NCBI GenBank assembly: GCA_963789955.1
Contig: CAWBMV010000006.1
Location: 64,001 to 128,000 of the forward strand
Length of the DNA: 64,000 nt
Direction of reading: 5' to 3'
DNA from: an uncultured Candidatus Rokubacteria bacterium
GTDB taxonomy: Bacteria; Methylomirabilota; Methylomirabilia; Rokubacteriales; CSP1-6
Of the stretch, positions 18,867 through 29,545 are shown piece by piece. Position 1 is the first letter of the stretch. Each line of letters opens with the position of its first letter. The position numbers and the translations under genes were made by a program. The notes beneath the pieces were generated by a model. It was not told the DNA's origin and searched no databases. It worked only from the letters and a program-made list of their open reading frames with translations.

Positions 18867-19874
18867 ATGAGTGCCATGCCGGTCGGCGTCAGCGTGATGC
18901 CGCTCGACAACCGCCGCGACACGCTCATCGGCGTCGCGATGACCGCCGAGCGGCTGGGGTTCGACGCCTACTTCTTGCCGGAGACGTGGGCGCACGACAT
19001 CACCGTGTTGATGGCGGAGGCGTCCATTCGCACCCGGCACCTCTTGCTGGGCACGGGCATCCTGGGTGTCTGGGGTCGCAGCGCCGGCACGCTCGCGATG
19101 GCCGCCGCGAGCCTCTCCGAGGTGTCGTCCGGGCGCTTCGTCCTGGGGCTCGGCGCCAGCACCCCGCAGCTGACCGAAGGCCTGCACGACGTCCCGTTCG
19201 TCGCGCCGCTCGCGCGGATGCGCCGCACGGTGACGCAGGTGCGAGCGCTGCTGGGCGGCGAGCGCGTGCCGCTCGCGGTCGCGACCGGCGCGCGGCCGCT
19301 CAAGCTCAACCTGGCTGCTTCGAGCGCGGTGCCGATCTTCCTCGCGGCGCTCACGGACGAATCCGTCCGACTCGCCGGCGAGCTGGCGGACGGCTGGCTC
19401 CCGTTCCTCTATCCCCGCCGGTGTCTCGCGCAGGGGCGGGAGCTCTTGCGCGAGGGCGCCGCGCGCTCGGGCGACCCCGCCCGGCGCGTGTCGGTCTATC
19501 CGACGGTCCCGACGGTGGTGTCCGACGATCCGGCCGAAGCCCGGGCCGGCGCCGCGTGGTTCGTCTCGTTCTACCTCACGACGATGGGGCCGCTCTACCG
19601 CCGGTCGCTCGCGCGTCAGGGATTCAGCCGCGAGATCGACGCGGTGATCGGCGCCAACAGCCCCAAGTTCACGGGTGAAGTTCCGCGCGAGGCCGACAGC
19701 CTGCTCGAGGAGCTGACGGCATTCGGCGCGCCCGCGGAGGCGCGTGAGCGCCTCGCGCAGTGGCACGCCGCCGGCGCCGACATGCCGATGGTCTTCCTGC
19801 GCCCGAACCTGACACCCGAGCAGATCGAGCGCACGTTGGGCGCGTTCGGCCCGATGCTAGAATCGCGACCGTAG
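18867..19874 (+). CDS. LLM-class flavin-dependent oxidoreductase (luciferase-like, possibly F420-type)
   Basis: AERLGFDAYFLPE, LGTGIL, SSGRFVLGLGAS, PIFLAAL, LAGELADGW. Confidence 0.9.
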   Translation: MSAMPVGVSVMPLDNRRDTLIGVAMTAERLGFDAYFLPETWAHDITVLMAEASIRTRHLLLGTGILGVWGRSAGTLAMAAASLSEVSSGRFVLGLGASTPQLTEGLHDVPFVAPLARMRRTVTQVRALLGGERVPLAVATGARPLKLNLAASSAVPIFLAALTDESVRLAGELADGWLPFLYPRRCLAQGRELLREGAARSGDPARRVSVYPTVPTVVSDDPAEARAGAAWFVSFYLTTMGPLYRRSLARQGFSREIDAVIGANSPKFTGEVPREADSLLEELTAFGAPAEARERLAQWHAAGADMPMVFLRPNLTPEQIERTLGAFGPMLESRP

Positions 19875-19895
19875 CGCGTATAAGCGGGAGGCACC

Positions 19896-20981
19896 GTGGA
19901 ACGTGGACAGTCGGCGGTGAGCGGGCGCGAACGGGTCGTCGCCGCGTACAAGGGCGGTTATGCCGATTGCGTGCCGGCCTATCCGATCGCGGGATCCTTC
20001 GCCGGATGCCTCGACGGGCTCTCGATCGAGGAGTACTGCACCGACCCCACCAAGGCGGTCCGCGCGATGCTCAACTACTACGAGCGCTACCAGCCGGACA
20101 TCATGGTGGCCTTCAACGACCTGGCCAAGGAAGCCGAGGCGGTCGGCTGTCGGGTGAAGTACTCGGACTACGTCGTCCCGTCGATCGACAAGCACGTGCT
20201 CCAGGACGACAAGGGCCTTCTCGCGCGCATGGAGATCCCCGATCCGAAGAAGGCCGGGCGGATTCCGGCGTTTCTCGAGCAGTGCGAGGCGCTCTCGGCG
20301 GCTCGGCTTCCGAGCGGGCTCGGCGCCGTGCTGGTCGGGCCGTGGACGATCGCGATGCTCCTGCGCAATCCCGAGATCATGTGCCTGGACACGATCGACG
20401 ATCCGGCGTTCGTCCACGACCTGATGCGCTTCAGCACCGAGTACGCCAAGCAGGTCGGCGACGCCGTGCTCGGCACGAAGATCGGCCTGAGCTACTCCGA
20501 TCCGACCGCCTCGTGCTCCCTGGTCGGGCCCGAGACCTACCGCGAGTTCATCAAGCCCTACCATCAAGATCTGGTGAACTACTTCCGCGCGAAGAAGGTC
20601 GGCACGACCGTCCACATCTGCGGCACGACCCACCAGATCCACGAGGACCTGGTCGACGTGGGCTTCGTCGCGATCACCATCGACCTCGATCAGCAGGGCG
20701 ATCCGGCGCTCAAGGTCGATCAGCTCGATCGCTTGATCACGCTCGGCAACCAGCGGAACGTCGTCGCGATCGGCAACGTCGACGTGACGATCTTCGAGCG
20801 CGCGACCAAGCAGCAGATCGAGGCCGAGGTGAAGCGCTGCATCGACACGGCCGGGAAGCGCTCACGCTTCGTGCTCTCGACCTCGTGCGAGCTGCCCCCA
20901 CGCGCCGATCCGGATTGCGTGAAGTGGATGATGGACGCCGCGCGGGAGTACGGTCGCTACGACCGCATTCTGTCGTCCTGA
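19896..20981 (+). CDS. Uroporphyrinogen decarboxylase-fold protein, MtaA/CmuA-like methylcobamide methyltransferase
   Basis: EAEAVGC, VGPWT, SDPTAS, HICG, GNVD and STSCELP, giving the His-x-Cys...Cys Zn-site pattern. Confidence 0.82.
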   Translation: MERGQSAVSGRERVVAAYKGGYADCVPAYPIAGSFAGCLDGLSIEEYCTDPTKAVRAMLNYYERYQPDIMVAFNDLAKEAEAVGCRVKYSDYVVPSIDKHVLQDDKGLLARMEIPDPKKAGRIPAFLEQCEALSAARLPSGLGAVLVGPWTIAMLLRNPEIMCLDTIDDPAFVHDLMRFSTEYAKQVGDAVLGTKIGLSYSDPTASCSLVGPETYREFIKPYHQDLVNYFRAKKVGTTVHICGTTHQIHEDLVDVGFVAITIDLDQQGDPALKVDQLDRLITLGNQRNVVAIGNVDVTIFERATKQQIEAEVKRCIDTAGKRSRFVLSTSCELPPRADPDCVKWMMDAAREYGRYDRILSS

Positions 20982-21045
20982 TCCGGGAGCTTCGCGACGC
21001 GGTCGATGACTCTGACCGCGATCTGGCCGGCTCGGTTGCGGACGG

Positions 21046-21551
21046 TCAGATCGTGGGCCAGGGCACCGCGCGCGGATACCACGGGCGGAAGCGAAGCCAG
21101 AAGTGAAGCCCGATACAGGCATGAAGCCAGGCGAGCACGACCGTGATCGCCTGCCGAGCGCCGACCTCGGGCGCCTGCAGCCAGAGCGCCTGCAGCACGC
21201 GCGCATAGGGGTCGTCGGTGCGAAGCGCCACCAGGCGATTCGAGTTCCGACGACGTGCGAGATGAGCAACGCGGGCAGGAGCAGGCCGAGCGCGTACTGG
21301 GTGGCCTCCCAGAGCGGCATGCGAGCGTCCGCCGGTCGTAGAGCAGCCACAGCGCCAGGATCCCGTGCACGGTGATCGCGCCGTAGAGCGCGAGCGTGCC
21401 CGGCGCGCTGCGCCACAGCGCGAGGAACCACCAGCGCCCGGTTTCCATCGCGTTCAGCGAGACGAGCCCGAGCGCGTGGTTGATGAAGTGGAGAACGAGG
21501 TACGTGAGCAGGACGAACGCCGCCCCGAGCCGCAGGCGGCGTACGCCGCAT
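21046..21551 (-). pseudogene. Truncated N-terminal membrane domain of a CyaC-type adenylate/guanylate cyclase
   Basis: Across frames: RRLRLGAAFVLLTYLVLHFINHALGLVSL, VHGILALW, MPLWEATQYALG..SHVVGTR, AWLHACIGLHFWLRFRPWY, then stop. No ferredoxin or cyclase domain follows. Confidence 0.72.
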
Positions 21552-22930
21552 CACACCTTCGGCACGCTCTTGAGCGCTTCGTCGACCTTCGCGGCCGGGT
21601 ACTCGTAGTCCTGGAGCTTACCGCTCAGGTGCGCTTCGTAGGCCCCGAGGTCGAAGTGCCCGTGTCCGGACAGGTTGAAGACAATCGTCCGGCGCTTGCC
21701 GTCACGCTTGCAGCGCTGGGCCTCGTCGATCGCCACGCGAATCGCGTGCGCCGACTCGGGCGCCGGGATGATGCCCTCGGTCCGCGCGAACTGCACCGCG
21801 GCCTCGAACGTCGCGAGCTGCGGGACCGCCTGGGCCTCGATCACGCCCTCGTCGTAGAGCTTGCAGACCAGCGGCGCCATGCCGTGGTAGCGGAGCCCGC
21901 CGGCGTGGAACGGCGCCGGGATGAACGTGTGACCGAGCGTGTGCATCTTCACCAGCGGTGTCAGGCCGACCGTGTCGCCGAAGTCGTAGACGTACTTGCC
22001 CTTGGTCAGGCTCGGGCAGGCAGCCGGCTCGACGGCGATGATTCGCACCTTCTTGTTCTTGCCGGTGAGCTTGTCGGCCGCGAAGGGGAAGGACAGGCCG
22101 GCGAAGTTCGAGCCGCCGCCGGCGCAGCCGATGACGATGTCCGCCGAATCGTCGGCTTTCTCCAGCTGCTTCTTCGTCTCTTGCCCGATCACGGTCTGGT
22201 GCATGAGGACGTGATTCAGCACGCTGCCGAGCGAGTACTTCGTGTCGTCGCGGGTGGCCGCGTCCTCGACGGCCTCGCTGATCGCGATGCCGAGCGAGCC
22301 GGGTGAATTCGGATCCTGCTCGAGGACTTTCTTGCCGGATTGCGTGTCGGGGCTCGGGCTCGCGACCACCTGCGCGCCCCAGGTCTCCATCATGATCCGG
22401 CGGTACGGCTTCTGCTGATACGACACCTTCACCATGTAGACCTTGCACTGAAGCCCGAACATCTGGCAGGCGAGCGAGAGGGCGGAGCCCCACTGGCCGG
22501 CGCCGGTCTCGGTGCTGAGCCGCGTGACCTTTTCCTTCTTGTTGTAGTAGGCCTGCGCCACGGCGGTGTTCGGCTTGTGGCTGCCGGCCGGGCTCACGCC
22601 TTCGTACTTGTAGTAGATGTGGGCCGGGGTGCCGAGCGCCTTCTCGAGGCGGCGCGCGCGATAGAGCGGAGACGGCCGCCACAGGCGATAGACGTTGCGG
22701 ACCTCGTCGGGGATCTCGATCCACCGCTCCTGGCTGACCTCCTGCTTGATCAGCTCCATCGGGAAGAGCGGGGCCAGGTCTTGCGGGCCGATCGGCTGCT
22801 TGGTCCCGGGGTGCAGCACCGGCGGCGCGGGTGTCTTGAAGTCGGCCTGGATGTTGTACCACTTGGTCGGAATGTCCTTCTCGTCGAGCGTGAACTTCGT
22901 GCGATTCCGGTCGTTCGCTTTGGTGGCCAT
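21551..22930 (-). CDS. trpB2: TrpB2, tryptophan synthase beta-like PLP enzyme
   Basis: [49 protein letters not shown]. Confidence 0.95.
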   Translation of the reverse strand: MATKANDRNRTKFTLDEKDIPTKWYNIQADFKTPAPPVLHPGTKQPIGPQDLAPLFPMELIKQEVSQERWIEIPDEVRNVYRLWRPSPLYRARRLEKALGTPAHIYYKYEGVSPAGSHKPNTAVAQAYYNKKEKVTRLSTETGAGQWGSALSLACQMFGLQCKVYMVKVSYQQKPYRRIMMETWGAQVVASPSPDTQSGKKVLEQDPNSPGSLGIAISEAVEDAATRDDTKYSLGSVLNHVLMHQTVIGQETKKQLEKADDSADIVIGCAGGGSNFAGLSFPFAADKLTGKNKKVRIIAVEPAACPSLTKGKYVYDFGDTVGLTPLVKMHTLGHTFIPAPFHAGGLRYHGMAPLVCKLYDEGVIEAQAVPQLATFEAAVQFARTEGIIPAPESAHAIRVAIDEAQRCKRDGKRRTIVFNLSGHGHFDLGAYEAHLSGKLQDYEYPAAKVDEALKSVPKV

Positions 22931-23031
22931 GCCGACCTCCTTCGGAGGGAACCCCGTGAAAAGTGGGCTAACCATATACAACCGGGAGCGAGCCTGTCAA
23001 TGCGAGGGCCGTGGAGTAAACTAATGAAGCC

Positions 23032-24198
23032 ATGCCCACCACCCTCAAGCTGCCGCGTCGCGACGGCTTGCTGACGCCGTACACGCTCACGGGCCGCGCG
23101 CCGGTTTCACCGCCGCCCGGTCCGATCAAGAGCCGCATCGGCATGGCCGCCGTCCACGTCGTCGCCGATCCGCTCGCGCCGGTCAATCCGACGCTCGAGG
23201 TGGCGCTCGACTGGGACGCGACCCTGCGCTATCGCCATCACATCTGGTCGCTCGGCCTGGCCGTCGCCGAGGCGATGGACACCTCGCAGCGCGGCATGGG
23301 GTTCGACTGGCGCACCGCGAAGGAGCTGATCCGGCGCACGGTCGCCGAGGCGAAGACGGTTCCGGGCGCCGTGCTGGCGTCGGGGGCGGGCACCGATCAC
23401 CTCGAGCCCGGGCCCCGCGTGACGATCGCCGACGTCGAGGCCGCGTACGAGGAGCAGTGCGCGTGGATCGAGGGCTGCGGCGGCCGGATCATCCTGATGG
23501 CGAGCCGCGCGCTGGCCGCCTGCGCGAAGGAGCCCGGCGACTACCTGAAGGTGTACGGACGCATCCTCTCGCAGGTGCGCGAGCCGGTGATCATCCACTG
23601 GCTCGGCGAGATGTTCGACCCCGCGCTCGAGGGCTACTGGGGCTCGCGCGACCTCGACCAGGCGACCGAGACCTTGCTGACGATCGTGAAGGAGCACGCC
23701 TCACACATCGACGGCGTCAAGATCTCGCTCCTGGATCAGGCTCGCGAGGTCGCGATGCGCAAGCGGTTCCCGGCGAACGTGCGCATGTACACCGGGGACG
23801 ACTTCGACTACCCGACCACGATCCGCGGCGACGGTGACCGCCATTCGGACGCCCTGCTCGGGATCTTCGACGTCATCGCGCCGGCCGCCTCGGCGGCGCT
23901 CAAGGCGCTGGACGCCGGCGACCTCGCCCGCTACGCCGACGTGCTGGCGCCGACCCTCACGCTCTCGCGCCTGATCTTCGGCGCGCCCACGCGCTTCTAC
24001 AAGACGGGCGTGGTGTTCGCCGCCTACCTGAACGGCCACCAGTCGCACTTCCGGATGGTCGGCGGGCAGGAGAGCGCGCGCTCGCTCGTGCATCTGTCCG
24101 AACAGTTCGTGCTGATGGATCGCGCCGGTCTGCTGCGCGACCCCGACTTCGCCACCACGCGCATGCGCCGCGTGCTCGCCGTCGCCGGCGTCGAGTAG
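23032..24198 (+). CDS. DUF993 / dihydrodipicolinate synthase-like protein
   Basis: AVHVVADPL, AEAMDTSQRGMG, HWLGEMFDPAL, KISLLD, MYTGDDF, FYKTGVVF. Confidence 0.9.
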   Translation: MPTTLKLPRRDGLLTPYTLTGRAPVSPPPGPIKSRIGMAAVHVVADPLAPVNPTLEVALDWDATLRYRHHIWSLGLAVAEAMDTSQRGMGFDWRTAKELIRRTVAEAKTVPGAVLASGAGTDHLEPGPRVTIADVEAAYEEQCAWIEGCGGRIILMASRALAACAKEPGDYLKVYGRILSQVREPVIIHWLGEMFDPALEGYWGSRDLDQATETLLTIVKEHASHIDGVKISLLDQAREVAMRKRFPANVRMYTGDDFDYPTTIRGDGDRHSDALLGIFDVIAPAASAALKALDAGDLARYADVLAPTLTLSRLIFGAPTRFYKTGVVFAAYLNGHQSHFRMVGGQESARSLVHLSEQFVLMDRAGLLRDPDFATTRMRRVLAVAGVE

Positions 24199-24209
24199 CG
24201 CCGGACGAC

Positions 24210-25743
24210 CTAGCGAATCTCTCCGACGACCCGCACACGCACCCGCAGAGAGTTCCCGGGCAGGTAGGCCAGCGGCAGGTCTTCGACCTCGACCGTCGTC
24301 AAGGTCCTCGGGTCGGCGCCGGCGTTCGCGGCCTGAGCCTCGGCCAGCTCGCGGGCCCGCGCGATCGCCTCGTCGCGTGAGAGATCCTGGAAGATGCGGT
24401 CGACCTCGCCGCTGACCTGGGCGATCGCGGCGCCGACGGCGTTCGCGACCGCCTGGTGCTCGACGTGAATCACCTCGGAGATGCCGGAGATCCGCTCCGG
24501 GACGAGAAAACATCCGCCGCCGACGGCGATCAGCGGCTCGTCACCCGCGTCGGTCTTCATCCGATCCACACCTTCCTCGATCATCGCGTGCATCGCGCGC
24601 GATGGCGCCGGTCACGAGGTCGCCCGGCAGTGATTCGACGCGACGCCGGTCGCCGAGGTCGATGAGTCCGGCGGCCACCGCGATGTCGGTGGCCGTGAGC
24701 TCGTTGCCGCCGAACACGAGCCCTTCCTCGACCAGACGATAGCCGACGCTTCGCGGGCCGACCGACAGCGGGCGACCGCGTGACGAGCGAGCCGCCGCCG
24801 AGACCGATCGAGAGCAGGTCCGGCATGCGGAAGAGCGTCCGCACGCCGCCGATCTCGACGACGTTGTTGGCCTCGCGCGGAAAGCCGTGGCGCAGGCTGC
24901 CGATGTCGGTCGTCGTCCCGCCGACGTCGATCACGAGCGCGTCCGTCAGCTTCGACAGGAACGCGGCTCCGCGCATGCTGTTCGTCGGGCCCGAGGCGAA
25001 GCCGTAGACCGGAAACGCCTCGGCGACCGACGCCAGCATCACGGTCCCGTCGTTCTGCGTCAGGTAGAGCGGCGCGCGGATGCCGCTGGCGGCGAGCGCG
25101 TCCTGGAACGCTCCGGTGGTCGTGCGGGCCAGCCCGACGAGCGCGGCGTTGAGCAGGGTGGCGTTCTCGCGCTCGAGGAGGCCGATCCGCCCGAGCTGAT
25201 GCGACATCGTCACCGCCACGTCGGGGCACTCGTGTCGCACGATGGTCGCGGCCTCGAGCTCGCAGGCCGCGTTGAGCGGCGAGAAGACCGACGCGATGCC
25301 GACCGACGTCAGGCCGGCGTGCACGGATTCGGCGCGCGGCGGCACGCATACCGGCGATATCGAGCGGAACCAGCGGGCGGCCGTCGAACTCGTGGCCGCC
25401 CTCCAGCATGACGACCTCGCCGCGGACGAGCGCCGCCAGATCCTCGGGCCAGTCGATGAACGGCTCGAGCGAGGCGCCCGACGGCAGCCCGATCCGTATC
25501 GCGGCGACCCGCGTGAGGTCGCGCCGCTGGACGACCGCATTGGTGAAGTGGGTGGTCCCGATCATCACCGCGTCGACCGACGCCGGGGCTCCGGCCTGCG
25601 AGCAGCTTGCGGAGAGCGTCGGTGACGCCCGACGTCACGTCACGGGTCGTCGGTGTCTTGACCGCGTGTACGACCCGGGTGTCTTCGAGCAGCACGGCGT
25701 CGGTGTTCGTGCCGCCGACGTCGATGCCGATGCGCCGCTTCAC
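24210..25743 (-). CDS. Hydantoinase A / oxoprolinase family protein (several frameshifts)
   Basis: IGIDVGGTNTDAV, IGTTHFTNA, ERENATLLNA, QNDGT, SGPTNSMRGA, DVGGTTTD, VANAVGAA. Confidence 0.9.
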
Positions 25744-25759
25744 GAAGCGAGGCTCGTCG

Positions 25760-26840
25760 TCACGAGAAGACGCTCTGGAACTCGAGGTCGTAGCCGAAGG
25801 CGCGGGGCCCGACGTGCTCGAGCCCCTTCGGCGTCAGCAGCACCGGCGGCGCCGGGAGGGCGATCACGCTGACGCGCTGGCCGTAGCGCAGAGGTCTCCG
25901 TCCCGATCGCGTCACCCGAGACGCTGTCCAGGACGCAGATGAGATCGGGTGTCATCACGCGAGGCCGGCCGTCGAGCCAGCCGACCGCGAACTCGTTCTG
26001 GAAGGCGAGCTCGAAGGAGGCGCCGCGAAAGTCGTCGAGGCCGTCGAGCTTGGCGGTGCCGCGCAAGAAGCCTTCGGTGGTGCGGCGGGCGACGTCGCGG
26101 ATCTTGCCGCGGAAGAGCAGCCGGCCGCGCTCGGCTTCGATCAGGGCCTGAACGGGATCCTGATGGCGGCGGCGGGCCTCCTGCACGGTCTGGCCGAGCC
26201 GGATCGCCTTGGTCGTCGAGTAGAGGATGCCGCACTCCTTCACTTCTTTCCCCGTGCGCGGCGCCTTGCAGGTCGACGCGATCGAGCCGACCTCGACGCA
26301 TGCCTTGCGCGAGAGACGCTCCATCCACTTCCAGGAGGCCGCGCGCGCGACGACGACCGCGTTGTCGCGCACGTCGGCCAGGGTGAGCGGGTACATCGTC
26401 AGGTCGTGGATCGCGAAGCTCGTCATCTGCGCCTCGGGGAAGGCGCGGCCCATGCAATCGGCGTCGACCACCGGAAGCCCGAGCTCGGCGGCGGCCATGA
26501 AGGGCTGGAGCGAGTTGCCTCCGCCGATCTCCAGGGACATGACCGCGTCGAATCGCACGCCGCGGTACTCCTCCATCATCCGCACCGCGAGCGCGATCGT
26601 CCGCGGGTCGGTCAGCCGCTCCTGGCCGACCAGCGGCGCGCCCATGTTGGAGACGACCGCCACGCGCGCGTCGTCCGCGAGGTCCATCGGGTCGAGCAAC
26701 GAGACGGAGACGCCCCGGCGGTAGAGCTTGCGCATGTTCAGGAGCGCCAGGTACGGACTCCCGCCGCCACCGGTGCCGAGGATCCAGGCGCCGATGGCGA
26801 GCGACTCGATCTCGGCCGCGGAGACGGGGCGAAGGGCCAT
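25760..26840 (-). CDS. DUF917 family protein (frameshift near 25890)
   Basis: LGTGGGGSPY, MGAP, EIGGGN, DADCMGRAFPE, FQNE, PDLI, then LRYGQRV..VGPRAFGY in the second frame. Confidence 0.9.
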
Positions 26841-26892
26841 CGGAAGCGTATGTTATCCTCCCGCCATCGCGATGCAAACCAGGAGGTCGAGC

Positions 26893-28468
26893 GTGGGCGA
26901 ACGTGTGTTCCTGACAGCGGTGCTCGCGGTGCTGGTCGCGATGTCGCCGGCGGCCGCCTTCGAGCGGGCCGGCGACCGGAAGATCCTCGTGTGCGCCGGC
27001 CGCCAGGAAGTCCCGACGATCGATCCGAGCGTCAAGTACGACTGGTCGATCCGCATGGCGCAGCAGTCGCTCTACGACGCGCTCGTGAAGTACGTCGGCA
27101 ACCCGCCGGAGATCGTGCCCTGGCTCGCCGAGAAGTGGGAGAGCTCGCCCGACGCCAAGACCTGGACGTTCCATCTCGCGAAGAACGCGAAGTTCCACAA
27201 CGGTGATCCGGTGACCGCCGAGGCGGTGCGCTTCTCGTTCGCGCGCACGCTCAAGCTCAATCAGGGGCCGGCGTGGATGCTGTCGGATTTCCTGAAAGAG
27301 GACGGCATCAAGGTCGTCAACGAGTCGACGATCCAGTTCAACCTGACGCAGTCCGTACGCGCCGTTCCTGTCGTTCCTGCCGTGGTGGTACGTGATGAAT
27401 CCCAAGCAGGTGATGGCGAACGAGCAGGCGGGCGACATGGGCCAGAAGTGGCTCACGACCAACGCCGCCGGCAGCGGGCCGTTCAAGATCAAGCGCTGGG
27501 AGCAGGGGGTGCTCTACGAGCTCGAGGCCGTCGACGGCTACTGGAAGGGCTGGCCGTCGAAGGATCATATCAGCGGCGTCATCTACAAGATCGTGCGCGA
27601 GTCGGCCGCCCAGCGCGCCGCGTTGATTCGCGCCGAGGCCGACATCGTCGAAGGGCTCTCGAGCGACGACTTCGACCAGGTCGCGAAGATGCCGGGCATC
27701 GCGGTTCCGAACTTCCCGGGCATGACGACCTTCGGCATCAAGATGAACACGCAGAACGGCGCCACGAAGGACGTCAACCTCCGCAAGGCCGTCTGCTACG
27801 CGTTCGACTACGAGACGCTGGTCAAGATCTACAACGGCAACGCCGTGCTCCAGACGAGCCCGTTCCCGAACGCGACGCGCGGCTTCGTCGCGGTACCCGG
27901 GATCTATCGCCAGGACCTCGGGAAGGCCAAGGAGTTCCTGGCCAAGTCGGCGTACCCGAACGGCGGGCTCGAGCTCGAGTACGTCTACGTTCAGGGCCTC
28001 GAGGAGGAGCGCAAGATGGGGCTCGTTCTCATCGACAACCTCCAGAAGCTCAACATCACGGTGAAGATGGTCCCGCTGATCTGGCCGAACATGGTCGGGC
28101 GCGGCGCCAAGCCGGAGACGTCACCCGAGCTGATGGCCGTCTTCGCCACGCCCGTCTCGACCGATCCCGACGCGGTCGCGTACCAGTACCACAAGAATTC
28201 CTGGGGCAAGTACTACGGCTCGTCCTACTACGCCAACGACGCGGTGTGGGCGCTGATCGACAAGGCGCGGACCATCGCGCGGTGGGAGGAGCGGGCGCCC
28301 CTCTACGCGGACATCCAGCGGAAGATCGTCGCCGACGCCCCGGAGATCTTCGGGATGCTGGCGAACCGCCGCTGGGCGATGCGCGATCACGTGAAGGGCT
28401 TCGTCTTCAGCCCGGTGCGCTTCACCGGCGAGATCGACCTCTACCCGCTCGCGATCGCCGCCAAGTAG
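26893..28468 (+). CDS. Peptide/nickel-family ABC transporter substrate-binding protein (frameshift near 27355)
   Basis: AGGAGG SD. LYDALV, PWLAEKWE, KFHNGDPVTAEAV, GSGPF, LRKAVCYAFD. Confidence 0.92.
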
Positions 28469-28470
28469 GC

Positions 28471-29487
28471 TTGCTCGGCTACCTCGCCCGGCGCTTCCTC
28501 CTGCTGGGCCTCATGCTGTTTGGCCTGCTCTGCATCACGTTCGTCATCTCGCACGTCGCGCCCGGCGACCCGGCGCGGCTCGCCGCCGGGCCCGACGCGA
28601 CGGCGTCGATGGTCGAGACCCTCCGCGTCCAGTACGGGCTCGATCGGCCGCTCCTCGTCCAGTTCGGACAGTATCTGCGTGGAGTTCTGGGCGGCGACCT
28701 AGGACGCTCCTTGAGGACTCGCGAGACCGTGGCCTCGGATCTCGCACGATATTTTCCGAACACGTTCGAGCTCGTGACGGGCGCCATGCTCCTCGCGGTC
28801 GGGCTCGGCATCCCGCTGGGCATTCTCTCGGCGGTCTATCGCGATACCTGGGTCGACCAGCTCACCCGAGTCGTCTCGGTCTCGGGCATCGCGATCCCGG
28901 CGTTCTGGCTCGGGCTGATGCTGCAGCTCCTACTGGCGCTCCAGCTCGGGCTCTTGCCGCTCGGCGGGCGTCTCGGCTTGATGGCGACACCTCCGGCGCC
29001 GGTGACGCACCTGCTGGTCGTCGACGCGATCCTGGGAGGCCAGTGGCGGGTCCTCGGCGACGCGCTGGCCCATGCGGTCCTGCCGACCGTGACCCTGTGC
29101 TTCCCGGCGCTCGCCTCGATCGTGCGGGTCAACCGCGCCGAGATGCTCGAGACCTTGAAGCAGGACTACATCGTCAACGCGCGCGCCCAGGGCGTGTCCG
29201 AGGTCCGCATCGTCGCCAGGTACGCCCTGAAGAACGCGATGATCCCAACCCTGGCGATGATCGGGCTGCGCTACGGCTGGATGCTCGGGGGGACCGTGCT
29301 CGTCGAGACCGTGTTCGACTGGCCGGGCATCGGTCTCTACGCCGTCGCCTCGGCCGTGTCGTCGGACTTCCAGCCGATCATGGGCGTCACCCTGCTGATC
29401 GGCCTCAACTTCATGCTGGCCAACTTCCTCGTCGACCTCGCCTACGGCTGGCTCGACCCGCGGGTCCGGCCGAGCCTGTCGACGTGA
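28471..29487 (+). CDS. Peptide ABC transporter permease (DppB-like)
   Basis: PGDPA, YGLDRPL, GDLGRS, NARAQG (EAA loop), ETVFDWPGIG, LDPRVR. Confidence 0.93.
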   Translation: MLGYLARRFLLLGLMLFGLLCITFVISHVAPGDPARLAAGPDATASMVETLRVQYGLDRPLLVQFGQYLRGVLGGDLGRSLRTRETVASDLARYFPNTFELVTGAMLLAVGLGIPLGILSAVYRDTWVDQLTRVVSVSGIAIPAFWLGLMLQLLLALQLGLLPLGGRLGLMATPPAPVTHLLVVDAILGGQWRVLGDALAHAVLPTVTLCFPALASIVRVNRAEMLETLKQDYIVNARAQGVSEVRIVARYALKNAMIPTLAMIGLRYGWMLGGTVLVETVFDWPGIGLYAVASAVSSDFQPIMGVTLLIGLNFMLANFLVDLAYGWLDPRVRPSLST

Positions 29488-29504
29488 TGGTAGTGCGAGC
29501 CGCA

Positions 29505-29534
29505 GGACTTCGCGGGGCTGGGGCCCCGCAGTCC
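29505..29534. repeat. GC-rich REP-like hairpin between the permease genes
   Basis: GGACT-TC-GCGGGGC-TGGG-GCCCCGC-AGTCC inverted repeat, with no U-tail. Confidence 0.5.
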
Positions 29535-29545
29535 GAGGCGAGCCG

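Noticed and set aside
21551..22930. trp operon or attenuator
   Set aside because: This is a stand-alone TrpB2 with no trpA and no Trp-rich leader, which is a known arrangement.
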